From Heterodontus francisci (taxonomy: Eukaryota): a stretch of DNA of 64,000 nucleotides. A model generated the notes under the pieces. That model ran no database searches and was not told where the DNA came from. It worked only from the letters and a program-made list of their open reading frames with translations. The translations under genes were made by a program, and so were the position numbers. Location: assembly GCF_036365525.1 (NCBI RefSeq), contig NC_090396.1:28496283-28560282 (forward strand). The letters are read 5' to 3'. Shown here piece after piece: positions 35,450 to 48,420 of this stretch; position 1 is the stretch's first letter; each line of letters begins with the position of its first letter.

Positions 35450-36289
35450 CTGCAAAACGAAACAGAGTAAGAATCATAATGGTTCCATTTAGTATTCTCA
35501 TGAAAAAGCATTGCGATTTGACGGTCGTGAAGCAATTGTTGAATCATACAATAATATCCCATGTAAAAAAGAATTTACAGAATAAAAGAAATGGAAAAAG
35601 TTTAATTTAAAAAACCACAGTGATAACAGACAATTACTCTCCTTTTGTCGGTAATTCATGCCGTCATTCATGAAAAAAACTTGCAATTATATAGCACTTT
35701 CTACTTTCCTTGGGACAGTGCTGAGCACTGTTTCTTTACGTACTCTTGTTATATAGGTAAATCCAATAGCCAATTTCCACACAAAGTCCCATGAACAGCC
35801 ATGGAGATATTTTACAACCTCCTGGCCAGCCAGACAGGCCTCAGTTTAACACCTCATTTGAAAGACAGCAGCTCTGACAATGCAGCACTCCATCCATACA
35901 GCACTGCAGTGTCAGCCTAAATTACATGAGGCTTGAACCCACAATCTCCTGATTCAGAGGTGTAACTGACACCAACTGAGCCAAACTAATTTACCCAGTC
36001 TACCCTGTACATTGTCAAGTGGCTGGACCAAGATCTACTTGGGTACAATGCCTCGGAGCATCTACCTCTGTCCAACCTCTTCGACAAGGAATGTGCGTGA
36101 CGTGGGAAGACACAAAAGGGAAAAAGTAAAATGAAATGAAAGGGAGCACAAGATAACAACTACTTGCATTTATATAGCACATTTAATGCAGAAAATGAAC
36201 AAAATATCCGTGCTTTAAAATGAATGATTGACATGCAGTGAAATATTACTGTTTGTCTCAGCGACATAGTTAAAATGGAAGCTGCATAC

Positions 36290-36413
36290 CGTCCCTCCTC
36301 TTCTTGGAAAATGCTGCTCTTTGCAGCTCGATGAAGACGCCAACCCCACAGGATTGCTACCATGGAACACATGTACATGTGCAATTCTGAAAGACTTTTC
36401 CAGATGAAGTGCT
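36290..36413 (-). CDS. TMEM220: TMEM220 coding exon 4
   Basis: tttgtag|...|gtatgc; HFIWKSLSELHMYMCSMVAILWGWRLHRAAKSSIFQEEEGR (human NVIWKSISAIH...ILHEEEGR); 124 nt. Confidence 0.92.
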
Positions 36414-37169
36414 CTACAAAAGTTAAAAGTGATGATAAACTGAGAAAAAAAAACATGATTCAGACAGGCATGGTTCTTCACTATATGAGCTGCTTTACAG
36501 GAATTTCTTAAAATCATTGTGTTTCATAGTTTATCCCATTCCTTTCACAGCTAACAGCATGGAAGAACTTGCATTTATATAGTGTCTTTCATAACTTTGA
36601 GGCATCCAAAAGGACATCACAGTGCTTTTAAAGTGTTATTGCTGTTGTAATGAAGGGAAATGCAGCTAACAATTTTCACACAGCAAGGTCCCACCATGAG
36701 ATAAATGACCGGTTAATCTGTTTTAGTGCTTTTGGTTGAGTGATAAAAAGCTGCCCAGGATAATACCCTGCTCTTCTTCAAAATAGTGCCACCTGAGAAG
36801 GCCTTGGTTTAACTTAATATTTGAAAGACAGCAGCTCCATCAGCCTAGAATATGTGTTCAGATCTCTGGAGTGGGGCCTTAACCCACAATTTTCTGACCC
36901 AGAGATAAGAATGTCATCAGTGAGCTAAGGCTGACACCATTTACAACGCTGCTCTCTCCTCCACCAAGCCCAGCAAAAGTGGCCACACACCTTGGGTTAA
37001 AAAAAATGGGTCAGTGCCCGCGAATATTTTTGTTGACTTAAAACTGGATAGTTGTTAGAGAGTCAATGACAAAATAGTTAGCAATCAAGTGTGCCCTGAG
37101 TTTCAGTGGCTGAATTACATAAATTAGATTTAACAAATTGAAGTTGCAACAGAACTCCTTTTTAAAAAA

Positions 37170-39130
37170 AAAAGTTATCTGGCACTCATCCAGGCAAGTA
37201 GACAGTATTCTATCACACTCCTCACGTATCCCTTGTAGATAGTGGAAGGCCTTTGGGGAGTCAGGAGGTGAGTCACTCACTGCAGAATGTCCAGCCCTTA
37301 ACCTGCTCCTCTAGCCACAGTATTTATGTGGCTGGTCTTGGTTAAGTGTCCAGTCAATGATGACCCCCAGAATGACAATGAGGGGGGTTCGGTGATGGTA
37401 ATGCTGTTGAATGCCAAGGAGAGGTGGTTAGATTCTCTCATTGCCTGACTCTTGTGTGTTGTGAATAGTACTTGCCACTTTATCCACCCAAACCTGAGTG
37501 TTGTCCAGGTCTTGAAGTATGGGGGCACAGACTGCTTCATTATGTGAGGAATTGTGATTGGAACTGAACACTATAAAATCATCAGCGAACATCTCCACTC
37601 TGAACTTATGATGAAGAAAAGGTCATTGATGAATAAGCTGAAGATGGTTGGGCCAAGGACACTATCCTGAGGAACTCCTGCAGCGATGTTCTGCCGCTGA
37701 GATGACTGGCCTCCAACAACACTTCATGCTAGGCACACATCCAACCAGTGGAGCGTTTTCCCCCTGATAACCATTGACCTCAATTTTGCTAAGGCTGCTT
37801 GATGCTACACTTGGTCAAATGCTGCCTTGATGTCTGGGGTAGTTATTCTCATTTCATATCTGGAATTCAGCTCTTTAGCCCATATTTGGACTTGGGCTGC
37901 ATTGAGGTCTGGAGCCGTGTGGTCCTAGAGGAATCCAAACTAAACATCAGTGACCCGGTTATTGCTGAGTAAGTGCCATTTAACAGCACTGTCCATGACA
38001 CCGTCCATCACTTTGCTGACCATTGAGCATAGGTTGATGGGACAGTAATTGGCCGGATTGGATTTTTCCTGCTTTTTGTGGCCAGGGTGTACTCAGGCAA
38101 TTGTCCACTTTGCCGGGTAGGTGGTGTAGTTGTGTTGGAACAGCTTGGCTAGGGGTGCAGCTAGTTTTGGAGCTCAAGTCTTCAACACTAAGCCATGATG
38201 TTATTGGGGTCCAGAGCCTTTGCTGTATCCAGTGCACTCAGCCATTTCTTGATATCATCTGAAATTAATTGAATTGGCTGAAGACTGGCTTCTGTGATAG
38301 TGGGGACCTAGAAGGAGGCCAAGATGGATCACCCACTCAATACTTCTGGCTTGAGATGTTTTCAAAGGCTTCTGCCTTGTATTGTGCACTCATGTGCCAG
38401 CCATCATTGAGGATAGGGATGTTCATGGACCCTCCTCCTTTCGTTTGTTGATTAATTGTTCACAACCATTCACAACTGGAATTGGCAGGACTGCAGAGTT
38501 TTGATCTGATCTGTTGGTTGTGTCTCCAACTCTAGCATGCTGCCTCCACTATTTAGGAAGCATTAAGTTTAGGTGTGGCTCAGTTGGCATCATTCTTGCC
38601 TCTGAGTCAGAAGGTTCCACTCCAGGACTTGAGCACAAAAGTCAAGGCTGACACTCCTGTGCAGTACTGAGGAAGCACTGCACTGTCAGAGGTGCCCCTG
38701 TCTGCTCTCTCAGGTGGATGTAAAAGATCTCATGGCACTATTTTGAAGAGCAGCAGGGGAGTTTTTCCCAGTGTCCTGGCCCATATTTATCCATCAATCA
38801 ACATCACAAAAACAGAGTATCTGGTCAATATCACATTGCTGTTTGTGGGAGCCCGTTGTGAGCAAATTGGCAGCTGCGTTTTTCACATTGTGACAGTGAC
38901 TACACCTCAAAACCATTTCACTGGTTGTAAACTGCTTTGAGTTGTCCAGTGGTCATGAAAGGTGCGATATAAATGAAAGTTTTTTTTGCATGTAGTCCTG
39001 TGTTGTAGCTTCACCAGGTTGGCACTGCATTTTTAGGTACCCATGGTGCTGCTCCTGGTATGCTCTTCTATACTCTTCATTGAACCAGGGTTGGTCCCTG
39101 GCTTGATGGTCATGGTAGAGTGAGGGATAT
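37170..39130 (-). mobile_element. Older fragment of the same LINE family, interrupted by a SINE at about 38570-38985
   Basis: Reverse-strand homology to 60438-62068 (e.g. gctgaagatggttgggccaaggacac). Confidence 0.75.
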
Positions 39131-40946
39131 GCCAGCAATGTGATTGCCTCTTAACTGCTCTCTGAAACATCCTAGGAAGCCACAGTTGTATCAAACTGTA
39201 GCAAAAAACAATACGAATAAAACCAGATGGACCACCTGGTATCGAGCTAGGCACAGCACACAACAGACACACACCCAGCCCAGTTGACCCTGCAAAGTCC
39301 TCCTCACTAACATCTGGGGACTTGTGCCAAAATTGGCAGAGCTGTCCCACAGACTAATCAAGCAACAGCCTGACACAGTCACACTCACTAGTATGGCTAG
39401 GCCATTTCAGAGGGTAGGTAAGAGACAACTATATTGCATTGAGTCTGTAGTCTAGTATAGGCCAGACCAGGTAAGGATGGCAGTTTTCCTTTCCTAAAGG
39501 GCATCACTGAACCAGCTGGGTTTTTGCAACAATCTGGTCACGATGGTCGCCATTAGTGATGCTCACTTTTATTCCAGATTTAATGAACGAACTGAATTTA
39601 TATTCCCCACTGTCGTGATGGCAACTTATGTCTCCAGATCCTTCAGCCTGACCTTCTGATTACTCACCAAGTAACATAACCACTACGCTAATGTAACTGA
39701 AATACTTATTACTGCTCCACCAGAAAATACACATTTCTCATTTTTTAAAATGTCTTTACCAATCTCTATTCTTCCTTGCACACAATTATTAATGGTACAA
39801 AAAGCAATATTGAAAAAATACCACATGAATGGAAATAGAAACTTTGAGCAGCAAATACACTTGTTTTAGGGCTGTTTCTGAAATGTGACGGTCAGAGAGA
39901 TTGTGAAAGAGATTGTCCAACTTTGAATGTGCAATATAGCAGACTTTAAACACAGATTTGGTATTCTTTTGGTGGGAGGGGTTGTTTCAATCGTTCACAG
40001 AATAAGGAAAACAACTGCACTGAATAATGTGCACAGACCTGCATCACAGGGAAACCTGACAACTGCTGAGTCACTAATACTACAGGAAATTAAGATGGAT
40101 GATTTCCCCTGTTGTGGAAGGCTGCATGTTCTGAGCTTCCATGTACTGAGAGAAAGAAGGGAGCTGATAATACTGGCAATGTACTTTTCAGAACGTGTTG
40201 CTGGTTGAACGGGGTGATCAGGTAAGTTGCAGCAGCTAGTTCTTTGGCAGAAAAATGACATAAGACAAATGACAAATTAAATATTTTGCTTTTCTACATC
40301 GGCCATGTTTACAGCTTTTATGAATGAGATACAAGAAGCAGTAGTTGTTATATAGTTGCCAATTTACTGACAAAGCAGGGGCAGCTGTTTCCTGTGGACT
40401 TGAGATCACTAGGATTTAGACTGAATATTTCTCATTCTAATTACATGCAGACCCCTTTACAACCATTCGAGAGACCAGACTATCACCGTATTAGACTGAG
40501 CTACATAAAAACGTTCCACAACAACTTATATTTATATAACCTAGCCTTTAACCTATTAAAACGAGGTACTTCACAGGAGTGTAATCAAACAAAATTTGAC
40601 ATTGAACCAGAGAGAGACCAAAACCTTGGTTACAGAGGTAGGTTTTAAGGAGCAATTTCAAAAGACAGTGGTAGAGATGTAGGGAGAAAATTCCCTTGGG
40701 GCCTGAACAGCTGAAAGCATAGCTGCCAATAATGGAGCAATGAAAATCGGGGATGCGCAAGAGGCCATAGTTGAAGGAGTGCAGAGATTTCAGAGGGTTG
40801 TGGAGCTGGAGGAGGTTACACAGTTAAAGTGAGGCCATGCAGAGATTTGAAAACCAGAATGAGAATCTACAGACCATCATTGTTTGGATTCAGCTGTAAA
40901 TATAACCCAATGGAGATACTGACTTAAGTGATACTATGCTTTCTAC

Positions 40947-41007
40947 CTGTGATTGGTGGATTTAGCCCAACAAGAAAGGCTAATGCAGCAGGGATTACAT
41001 AGGCAAC
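40947..41007 (-). CDS. TMEM220: TMEM220 coding exon 3
   Basis: aacag|...|gtagaa; VAYVIPAALAFLVGLNPPIT(E) (human [21 protein letters not shown]); 61 nt. Confidence 0.92.
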
Positions 41008-41142
41008 CTGTTGGTGAAAAGAGAACAATTAAAGGTGATTTTATGATGATAAATTCCTTTGAGCTTTACTATGCATGGACATATAATCCAAATGTTACTG
41101 AACACATTTTAAAGAGTCCACTCTGTAATTAAATATACTTAC

Positions 41143-41172
41143 GATCCATATTCCTGCATCTGGATCATTAAT
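41143..41172 (-). CDS. TMEM220: TMEM220 coding exon 2
   Basis: cacag|ATTAATGATCCAGATGCAGGAATATGGATC|gtaagt gives INDPDAGIWI (human VNDPDAEVWV); 30 nt. Confidence 0.92.
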
Positions 41173-41389
41173 CTGTGGACAATTAAAAAAAGAGATTACA
41201 TTTTTTATAATTGTTTTGACATGGAGATTCAGAATGGTTTGTTTTTCAAGCTATTTCATTTTAATTACAGTACAAGGTGACCAGTTGCATTTGTGTACAA
41301 GACCCATTTAGCAAACCTGTAAGTATTTTCCTTCACAGGCAATATAATGGAGCTTCTGCAATATGGTGATGGGTGACTGTGTCAGTGTC

Positions 41390-41555
41390 GTTTAATTATG
41401 TATGTCAGGCAGCATCTGTGGAGAGAGAAACAGAGTTAATGTTTCAAGTCTCTGATTTCTGTGACCTCTCCACAGATGCTGCCAGACCTGCTGAGTATTT
41501 CCAGAGTTTTCTGTTTTTATTTCAGATTTCCACCATCTGCAGTGTTTTGCTTTCA
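41390..41555. repeat. Short shark interspersed hairpin-like repeat (possibly Penelope-terminus derived)
   Basis: ggcagcatctgtggagag...ctctccacagatgctgcc inverted pair; related copy at about 55080-55180. Confidence 0.5.
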
Positions 41556-44500
41556 GACTGTTTCCTGACAACGTAGCCAAGCGCTGCCGCCATCACTGTG
41601 GTCTGAACTGCGTACATGCGCAGAAAGCTTTCATCCTGCCAGTATGATGCTCTGCATGCGCAGCCAACATCAGCACCCGAGAAGAGAACGGGGAGCGGAG
41701 AAAGGATGGGAGGGATTACGGGGCCAGAGAGGATCTCTTCCCCACCTGTCTGCTTTTAAACTTGACACACAAAAGCAAATTCACAATGTGATCCTCCCAC
41801 GATCGTTGCATTCACTTCCCCTCTCCCAGCTCCTTCCCCACCGGCACTGCTCCCACCCTCCTCCACCCCTGGTTCCGCACCCTCCCAAGCAATGATTGCA
41901 GGAGGGAGTGGTGAACAGAAGTGGCGACCGTGGAGGGAGTGGGGAACTGTCTGGGGGGTATGGAGGCGGCAATGTGAGGAGGTTTAAGTTCAATTCGCTT
42001 TTTGTGTGTCAAATTGAGCAGCGCCATCTTTATTACTGGCAGCTGCCTGAGACGGCACAGACAGTGACCTTTCAGTCGGTGAGGCTGCATTTGGGCATGT
42101 GCCAGTACTGCGCCACCTAGTCGTAGCATTGTCAGCAAACGCAGCTTTTTGCTTTTGTGTTGTTTAAGTGTGTACCAGAGTAGTTTAAATAATCATACAA
42201 ACTTAACAATAGAACATAAATCTGCTTCCAAATTTCTGCTAACTACATACTTCCTAGAACTTGCATAAAATTGAACCATTAATAATTGTGTGTTAAGAAG
42301 CCAGCATTTCGACAATACATAATGGAAAGCACTAGGGTGCGCTGTTTACCTTACACTGAGGAAGTGCTCAGTACATGTAAGTACTACAGTGTATTGTGTT
42401 GCGGATTTTGGCGGCATGGCAGATCAAATATTTGAAATACTTCGCTAGGTTATAACAGCACCAATATTGGTACTTAATTTTGATTTCTGGGGTTTCCCAC
42501 GACTTCAATATATCTGTGTTCCCACAGTATTAAGTCTCACTTTTATATCCTACCAAGTTTATGTATTTTAGTTCATAAGAAAGTACTGACATTAGAATTA
42601 TAAATCCATAATCTGATTCCAAACCATTAATTACCTCTACTTATGGGTTGCATAAACGTTGCCCAGCATGAGCTCAGTTTACTGCACCAACTGTACCAAT
42701 AAAGCCAAAAAATGTTTATTCCCACAGAAAACAATTGGAAATCACAATGGCTTAAAAATTATCCTTTTTGCTAACATTTTATAAACTACTGTTGACTCAC
42801 TTGTAACCCTTCTATGACTAAGTGTCATAACCATAATTATTATGATCTGACACAATCGTGACCTTTTCCTTGCTGCTATAATTTTCATATCACAAAAATC
42901 AGTCAGTTATTTAACTTTAAAAAGGCTGCGAATAATATCAATAATGGAAAAGCATATTGAAAATATGTGGTCTTCAGCTGATATGTTTTGTCTGTCTAAT
43001 TGTTCTGGCTCCCGGTCAAACAATGCCTTGGTTTTAAAATTCCCACCCTTGTTTTCAAATGCCTCCATGGTTTCTTTGCGCATCCCCAATTTTAATCGCC
43101 CCACCATTGGTGACCATGCCTTCAGCTGCCTAAGCCCGAAGCTCTGGAATTCCCTTTCTAAATCTCTCTGACTCTCTACCTTTCTTTCTTCCTTCCTTTA
43201 AGATGCTCCTTAAAATCTACCTTTTTGACCAAGCGTTTGGTCATTTGACCTAATAATGCTTTTTGTAGCTCAATGTCTAATTTTGCCGCAAAACGTTTTA
43301 CTATCTTGACGGCGTTACATAAACATAAATAGTTGCAGTTATCTTAGAGATATCTTGATATATGAAAAGGTGTTGCCAAATCTACCTTCACTTTACCATA
43401 AAAACAACACTGACAGATGTTTCATGCTGAGGTCTTATGAACTGTATGGCACTCGAGGCACAGAAGAGTGGTATAGTGAGCTTTTGTGTCTGATGCTCTG
43501 GACACAGCAAGTCTGTTGTAACTAAATCAGAAGCGAAGGGCAACATATCTCAAGTAAAAAAAAAAGTAAAGCAGTCAGGAAGGAAAAGACCCCACTTCCA
43601 TCTCAACGTCTTCTAGCAGCAGCGGAGGGACATTGGCAAAAAAATTCGGGAATTCAAAAAACAAAAATGTGTATTAAAAGGTGCAATGGTGAATCTTGTG
43701 ATAGTATAAATTAAGCTTGTAGTCTAAATGCAAGTAACGTTATGCAGCCTGTTTTGAGATGCTGCAGCAGAGCCAATAAGCTTGTGTTTATTTTAGAAGT
43801 TCTCCGATCACCAGACTTTGAACTGCAAATAATGCATGTGAATGACTTTGGTGTCACCATCATTTTCCTCAGAAGGTACGGCTGCATGAAAAGCTTTGTT
43901 TATCCTGAAATAGCAGCCTCCCACCCTCCCCCACAAAGTACCTTCAAGACCCTATCAACATATTTCATTATTTCTGGCTTTGCTGCAAACCACTGTACAT
44001 GTTCCGTACTCTGTATTCTGAACTCCCAAACAAATCATAAATTTACATGGACAGGTACAAAATTGCCAGCCTTTTTATTCTCTAATTTTCTCCTGCTGAT
44101 TCTGAGAATCTAGTTCCATGGCAGCTGGCAGCTCTCTGGTACCTCAATCAAGTGGCTATTCCTAGTCAAATCAGGCCATTTTAACAATAGTCCCCAGTCT
44201 TGTACTCACATATATCCACACATAACAACTACTTTCATTTATATAGCACTTTAACATGGTAAAGCATACTCGGACAAAATTTGAAACTGAGCCACATAAA
44301 AAGATATTAGGACAGATGAGCAAAAGATTGGACAGAAATGTGGGTTTTAATGAGTGTCTTAAAGGAGCAGAGGGCGGCAGAGAAGCTTAGTAAGGCAGCT
44401 GAAGGTATGGTCGCCATTGGTGCGGCGATGGAAACTGGGGAAGCACAAAAGATCAGAATTGGAGGAGCATGGAGGGTTGTGGCACTGGAGGAGGTTACAG

Positions 44501-45800
44501 AGATAGGGAGGGGCAAGGTCATGAAGGGATTTGAACAAGAATGAGAATTTTAAATTTGAAGCATGGTCAGACCGAAGCGATTGTAGGTCAGCCAGCACAG
44601 GGATGATGGGCGAACTGGATTTGGTGTGAGTTAGGATACGGGCAGCAGAGTTTAGGATGAGATTAAGTTTATGAAGAGTGGAAAGTAGGAGGCTGGCCAG
44701 GAGAGCACTGGAATAGGTGAGGTAATGGAAGTAAACAAAAGAATGGATGAGGGTTTCAGCACTTTGCAGCTGTAGTTCTTGGGTTGGAGATGGAACCCTA
44801 GCCCATTCCTCCTCTCCTGCTCTCCCTCCCACCACGCTCAGAGATACTAAGGCCAGTTGTAACATGACAACTGCTTTTCTACCTGAGATCACTTGACACA
44901 AAATGTTGATGGTAGAATTACTAGCGTCTAATGCATTAACTATGTAATTTTGATTTGAGTGTTATTCCATACCTGCTTCTGATCATGTAATTTAGTTCCA
45001 GTTTTTGTATAAATAGGAACATTAAACAATTGATATGCTGCATCTTCTATCACATGTTATGCTAACCTACAATGGCTCCAGATTTTAGTATGAGATTTTA
45101 TTCGTATACAACAACAACTTGCATTTATATAGCACCTTTAATGTAGTAAAATGTCGCAAGGTGCAAAATTTGACATCAAGCCACATAAGCCTGCTCAAAG
45201 AGTTAGGCTTTAAGAAGCCCCTAATAGCAGAAGACAGAGGTATAGAACTTTCGGGAGGGAATTCCAGAATTTCAGGCTGAGGCAGTCAAAAGGACAGCCT
45301 CCATTGGTGGAGCGATTAAAATCAGAGATCTGCAAGAGTCTCACGATCACCATATTTCCTCAGAAATGAAGAGCAGAACAAGACAGAAGGAGGAAAGGAG
45401 AATGTAATTAAAATGGTAATAAACTAATGTAAATGGTGAACTGACTGATTGTTGGATGAAAATTATTATTATACTGGTCTTATCTGGCATCATTGGATGC
45501 CACACAGATATTGAGTTATAGCCTTAATCGTCCTGGAGTCACCCTGAAACTTACCCTTTTGGGTTAAGTATCAGTGGGACAGTGAACTGCTTTAAAATGG
45601 AGACATAGTGACATCTGGGGGAAGTGATCATTGACTTGCTGATGGTCACACTCAAGCTGAACTTTCAGAGCGTAGAATCCTTCCTATGCTTGTAGGTAAC
45701 TACAATGTGCAAGGGAGTGCGCAATGTCAGTTGGGTGCAATCTTATGCACTCCACACCACCCCTTTCAGGAATTCTACCCAGCCCTCTCTTGTTGACAAA

Positions 45801-47110
45801 AGGCTGGATTTTGTGGCCAGTAGTGATGACGATGCTCACCCCTGACCTTGAAGAAAGCTACCTACAAAGATCTAGGAATCTCTGTGATGTGGATTTCCCC
45901 TTTTCCAATGTTAATTTCATTCTGGTGCCAGCTGTGCAGGATATCAGGCATCCGGCAACAGTGATGTCATCAATCGGGCTAAGCAGCCAATCACATTGAA
46001 GAATTCTCACAGCTAGAAAACCAGGAAGTAAAATGCACTGATTATCTTTCACTTTCAAATCATCTTATAGAGAGTGAAATAAGGACTGAGGTTTACACGT
46101 GGGATTAAGGTGTAAGCTAAAATTCTGACAGCAATTTCTAGACTCCGCACACGTGCAGATTAACGCAGTTATCCAGAAATAGCAGTCAGTAATTCTATGG
46201 TTAGCACCGCAGCCTCACAGCTCCAGCGACCCTGGTTCAATTCTGGGTACTGCCTGTGTGGAGTTTGCAAGTTCTCCCTGTGACCGCGTGGGTTTTCGCC
46301 GGGTGCTCCAGTTTCCTCCCACAGCCAAAAACTTGAGGTTGATAGGTAAATTGGCCATTATAAATTGCCCCTAGTATAGGTAGGTGGTAGGGAAATTGAG
46401 GGAAGTTGGGGATGTGGTAGGAATATGGGATTAATGTAGGATTAGTATAAATGGGTGGTTGATGGTCGGCACAGACTCGGTGGGCTGAAGGGCCTGTTTC
46501 AGTGCTGTATCTCTAAATAAATAAATATGCTTCTGAGGAACTGCCAGATTGCAATCAATAAGGAAATAAATTAAATTGGTGAGAACATCTACTCTTACAA
46601 AAGTTATAACTTGTTAAATGAGAGAGTGTAACTAACTGGGTTAACAGTGGACTAACTTCATAATTACTGCTAAATACCTTCACTGGCCCGGAGAAACTAA
46701 TTTTATAATTGTGGAATGTCAAGTTTCTCCATTATGATAAAATTTCCTATATTTCTAAATAAATATATATATATATAAAGTTTGTGTATCTTTACTTTAG
46801 TTTTTATCTTAAACCAATCATAATCATTTATTTCACAATCTGAAATATTAAATTAAAAGTGAAGGACATTAATTGCTTTTAGCTTCCTGGTTTGCAGTGT
46901 GAGAATACTTCAGAGAGATTGGTTACTTACCCTGGTTAATGACATCACTGCTGCTGAATGCTTGGAGATCCCCTGATTTGCTGTTAGATTTAAATTGCCG
47001 TCAGGAAAGGGGAAATCCATGCCACTGAGGTCGCGATATCTTTGGAGGCAACTTTCTTCAAGATCAGTGGCAGGTACTATTGCTTCACTACTGACTGCAA
47101 AATCCAGCCT
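45801..47110. mobile_element. Long-TIR MITE (Harbinger-like termini)
   Basis: AGGCTGGATTTTG...CAAAATCCAGCCT; about 250-bp inverted arms (the ORF track shows DLEES on both strands); related partial copies at about 47125-47505 and 49640-50175. Confidence 0.75.
46197..46526 (+). mobile_element. HE1-like V-SINE inserted in a MITE
   Basis: Same head, V-domain and tail; slightly 5'-clipped; (AAAT)n tail. Confidence 0.88.
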
Positions 47111-48200
47111 ATTATATTGAAAAGATCGATGGAATGCCTTTAATGGAGAATTTTGACATCTCACAAATATAAAATTAGTTTTTCAGGGCCAGAGAGGTTG
47201 TTCATCAGTAATTATGAACTTATTACATTGTTTAAAAACCCAGCTACACGTCATTTTACAAGATGTAACTTTTTTGAGGGCTTTTACAGTGAGACTAGTA
47301 GGGTAAGAGTGGAATCAATTCAAGTGATTTCTAAGATTTCCAAGTGCAGGGACTCCAGCAGCGCATCCTGTGAAGGAATGGGAATTATTGACAGCAACTT
47401 CTGGATTTCCATGTTTAACCGAGCATGCGTTGCTATCAGTTTCACAATTGTAATGATGGTGAACGTTGACAGTTTCACCCTCATTACAACCTCAGAATCC
47501 AGACCATTACGATAAAAAAGACAAAGGCCCTTCCCCAAAGATTTACCAATTTTTCGTGATGACAAGCATCTCTTTCAATCCATTTCTTACAAAGTAGATC
47601 CTTTTAGAGTCATTTACAGCACAGAATGAGGCCATTCGGCTCATCAAGTCCATGCCAGCTTGCTGCGAAGCTATCCAGTCAGTCCCACTCCCCTGTTCGA
47701 TCCCTGTAGCTCTGCAAGTTTATCGCCAAGTGGCCATCCAATTTCCTTTTGAAGTCATTGATGTCTTCACTTCCCCCATTCTTGTGGGCAGCGAGTTCCA
47801 GGTCATTATTTGTGTGTCTCTAAACTTTTTGTTTCAAACATTAATGTTCTCATTTGGCCTGATGTGGTTATTTTGACGCAGACTGGTACTGGACATACCA
47901 AAGGAGTTCAGATAACCCTTTTCATAGAATTGAGGAAGATGGTAAATAACCTGAATGCAGTTAACTCCCCATGAACAAACTGGACCCAGAGGCTGAAACT
48001 AGCCTGGCTGAGTTTTTCAAACTCTTGTTAGTTACTGTGAAAAAAGAGGATACCAGTCCCAATAATCAGGAGCACCCATTACAATCGGGAAGCGAAGTTG
48101 GACTTTAGCATGTTGTCCGACTGTGTGTGGAGTGGATGGTCGAATGGTGGTTGAGGTTTGCTTTCCTGCTCAGTTCGCAAGCAGTTGACAGGAAACTTAC

Positions 48201-48320
48201 CTGCACATAGGCGGCAAGTGCAAAAAAGAAAGCCATGCAGAAGTTGCAGACTTTCCAGGATATGCGATAAAGCGGCGGAGGAGGCGAGTTGCAGAGATGT
48301 TGCTGTGATTTCGCTTCCAT
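48201..48320 (-). CDS. TMEM220: TMEM220 coding exon 1
   Basis: MEAKSQQHLCNSPPPPLYRISWKVCNFCMAFFFALAAYVQ then a gtaagt donor; matches human WRACNGLMAAFFALAALVQ; 120 nt, phase 0. Confidence 0.92.
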
Positions 48321-48420
48321 GTTCCTTCCGCTTCATATTCGACCCTGTAAGTTTATGCTGGTGACGTGTTGTGTGGGGCCCACCCCTTACGCTTGGCGTC
48401 CCTTGAGGGTGAATGCAATA
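48321..48420 (-). promoter_or_regulatory. Putative TMEM220 5'UTR/core promoter
   Basis: Local CpG enrichment around exon 1 (about 48080-48400) and an ETS-like GCGGAAG just upstream of the ATG. Inferred from position. Confidence 0.4.

Noticed and set aside
43742-44113. 123-aa ORF in TMEM220 intron 1, and similar short ORFs elsewhere
   Set aside because: No recognisable motif or splice support; many such ORFs are antisense shadows of LINE ORFs.
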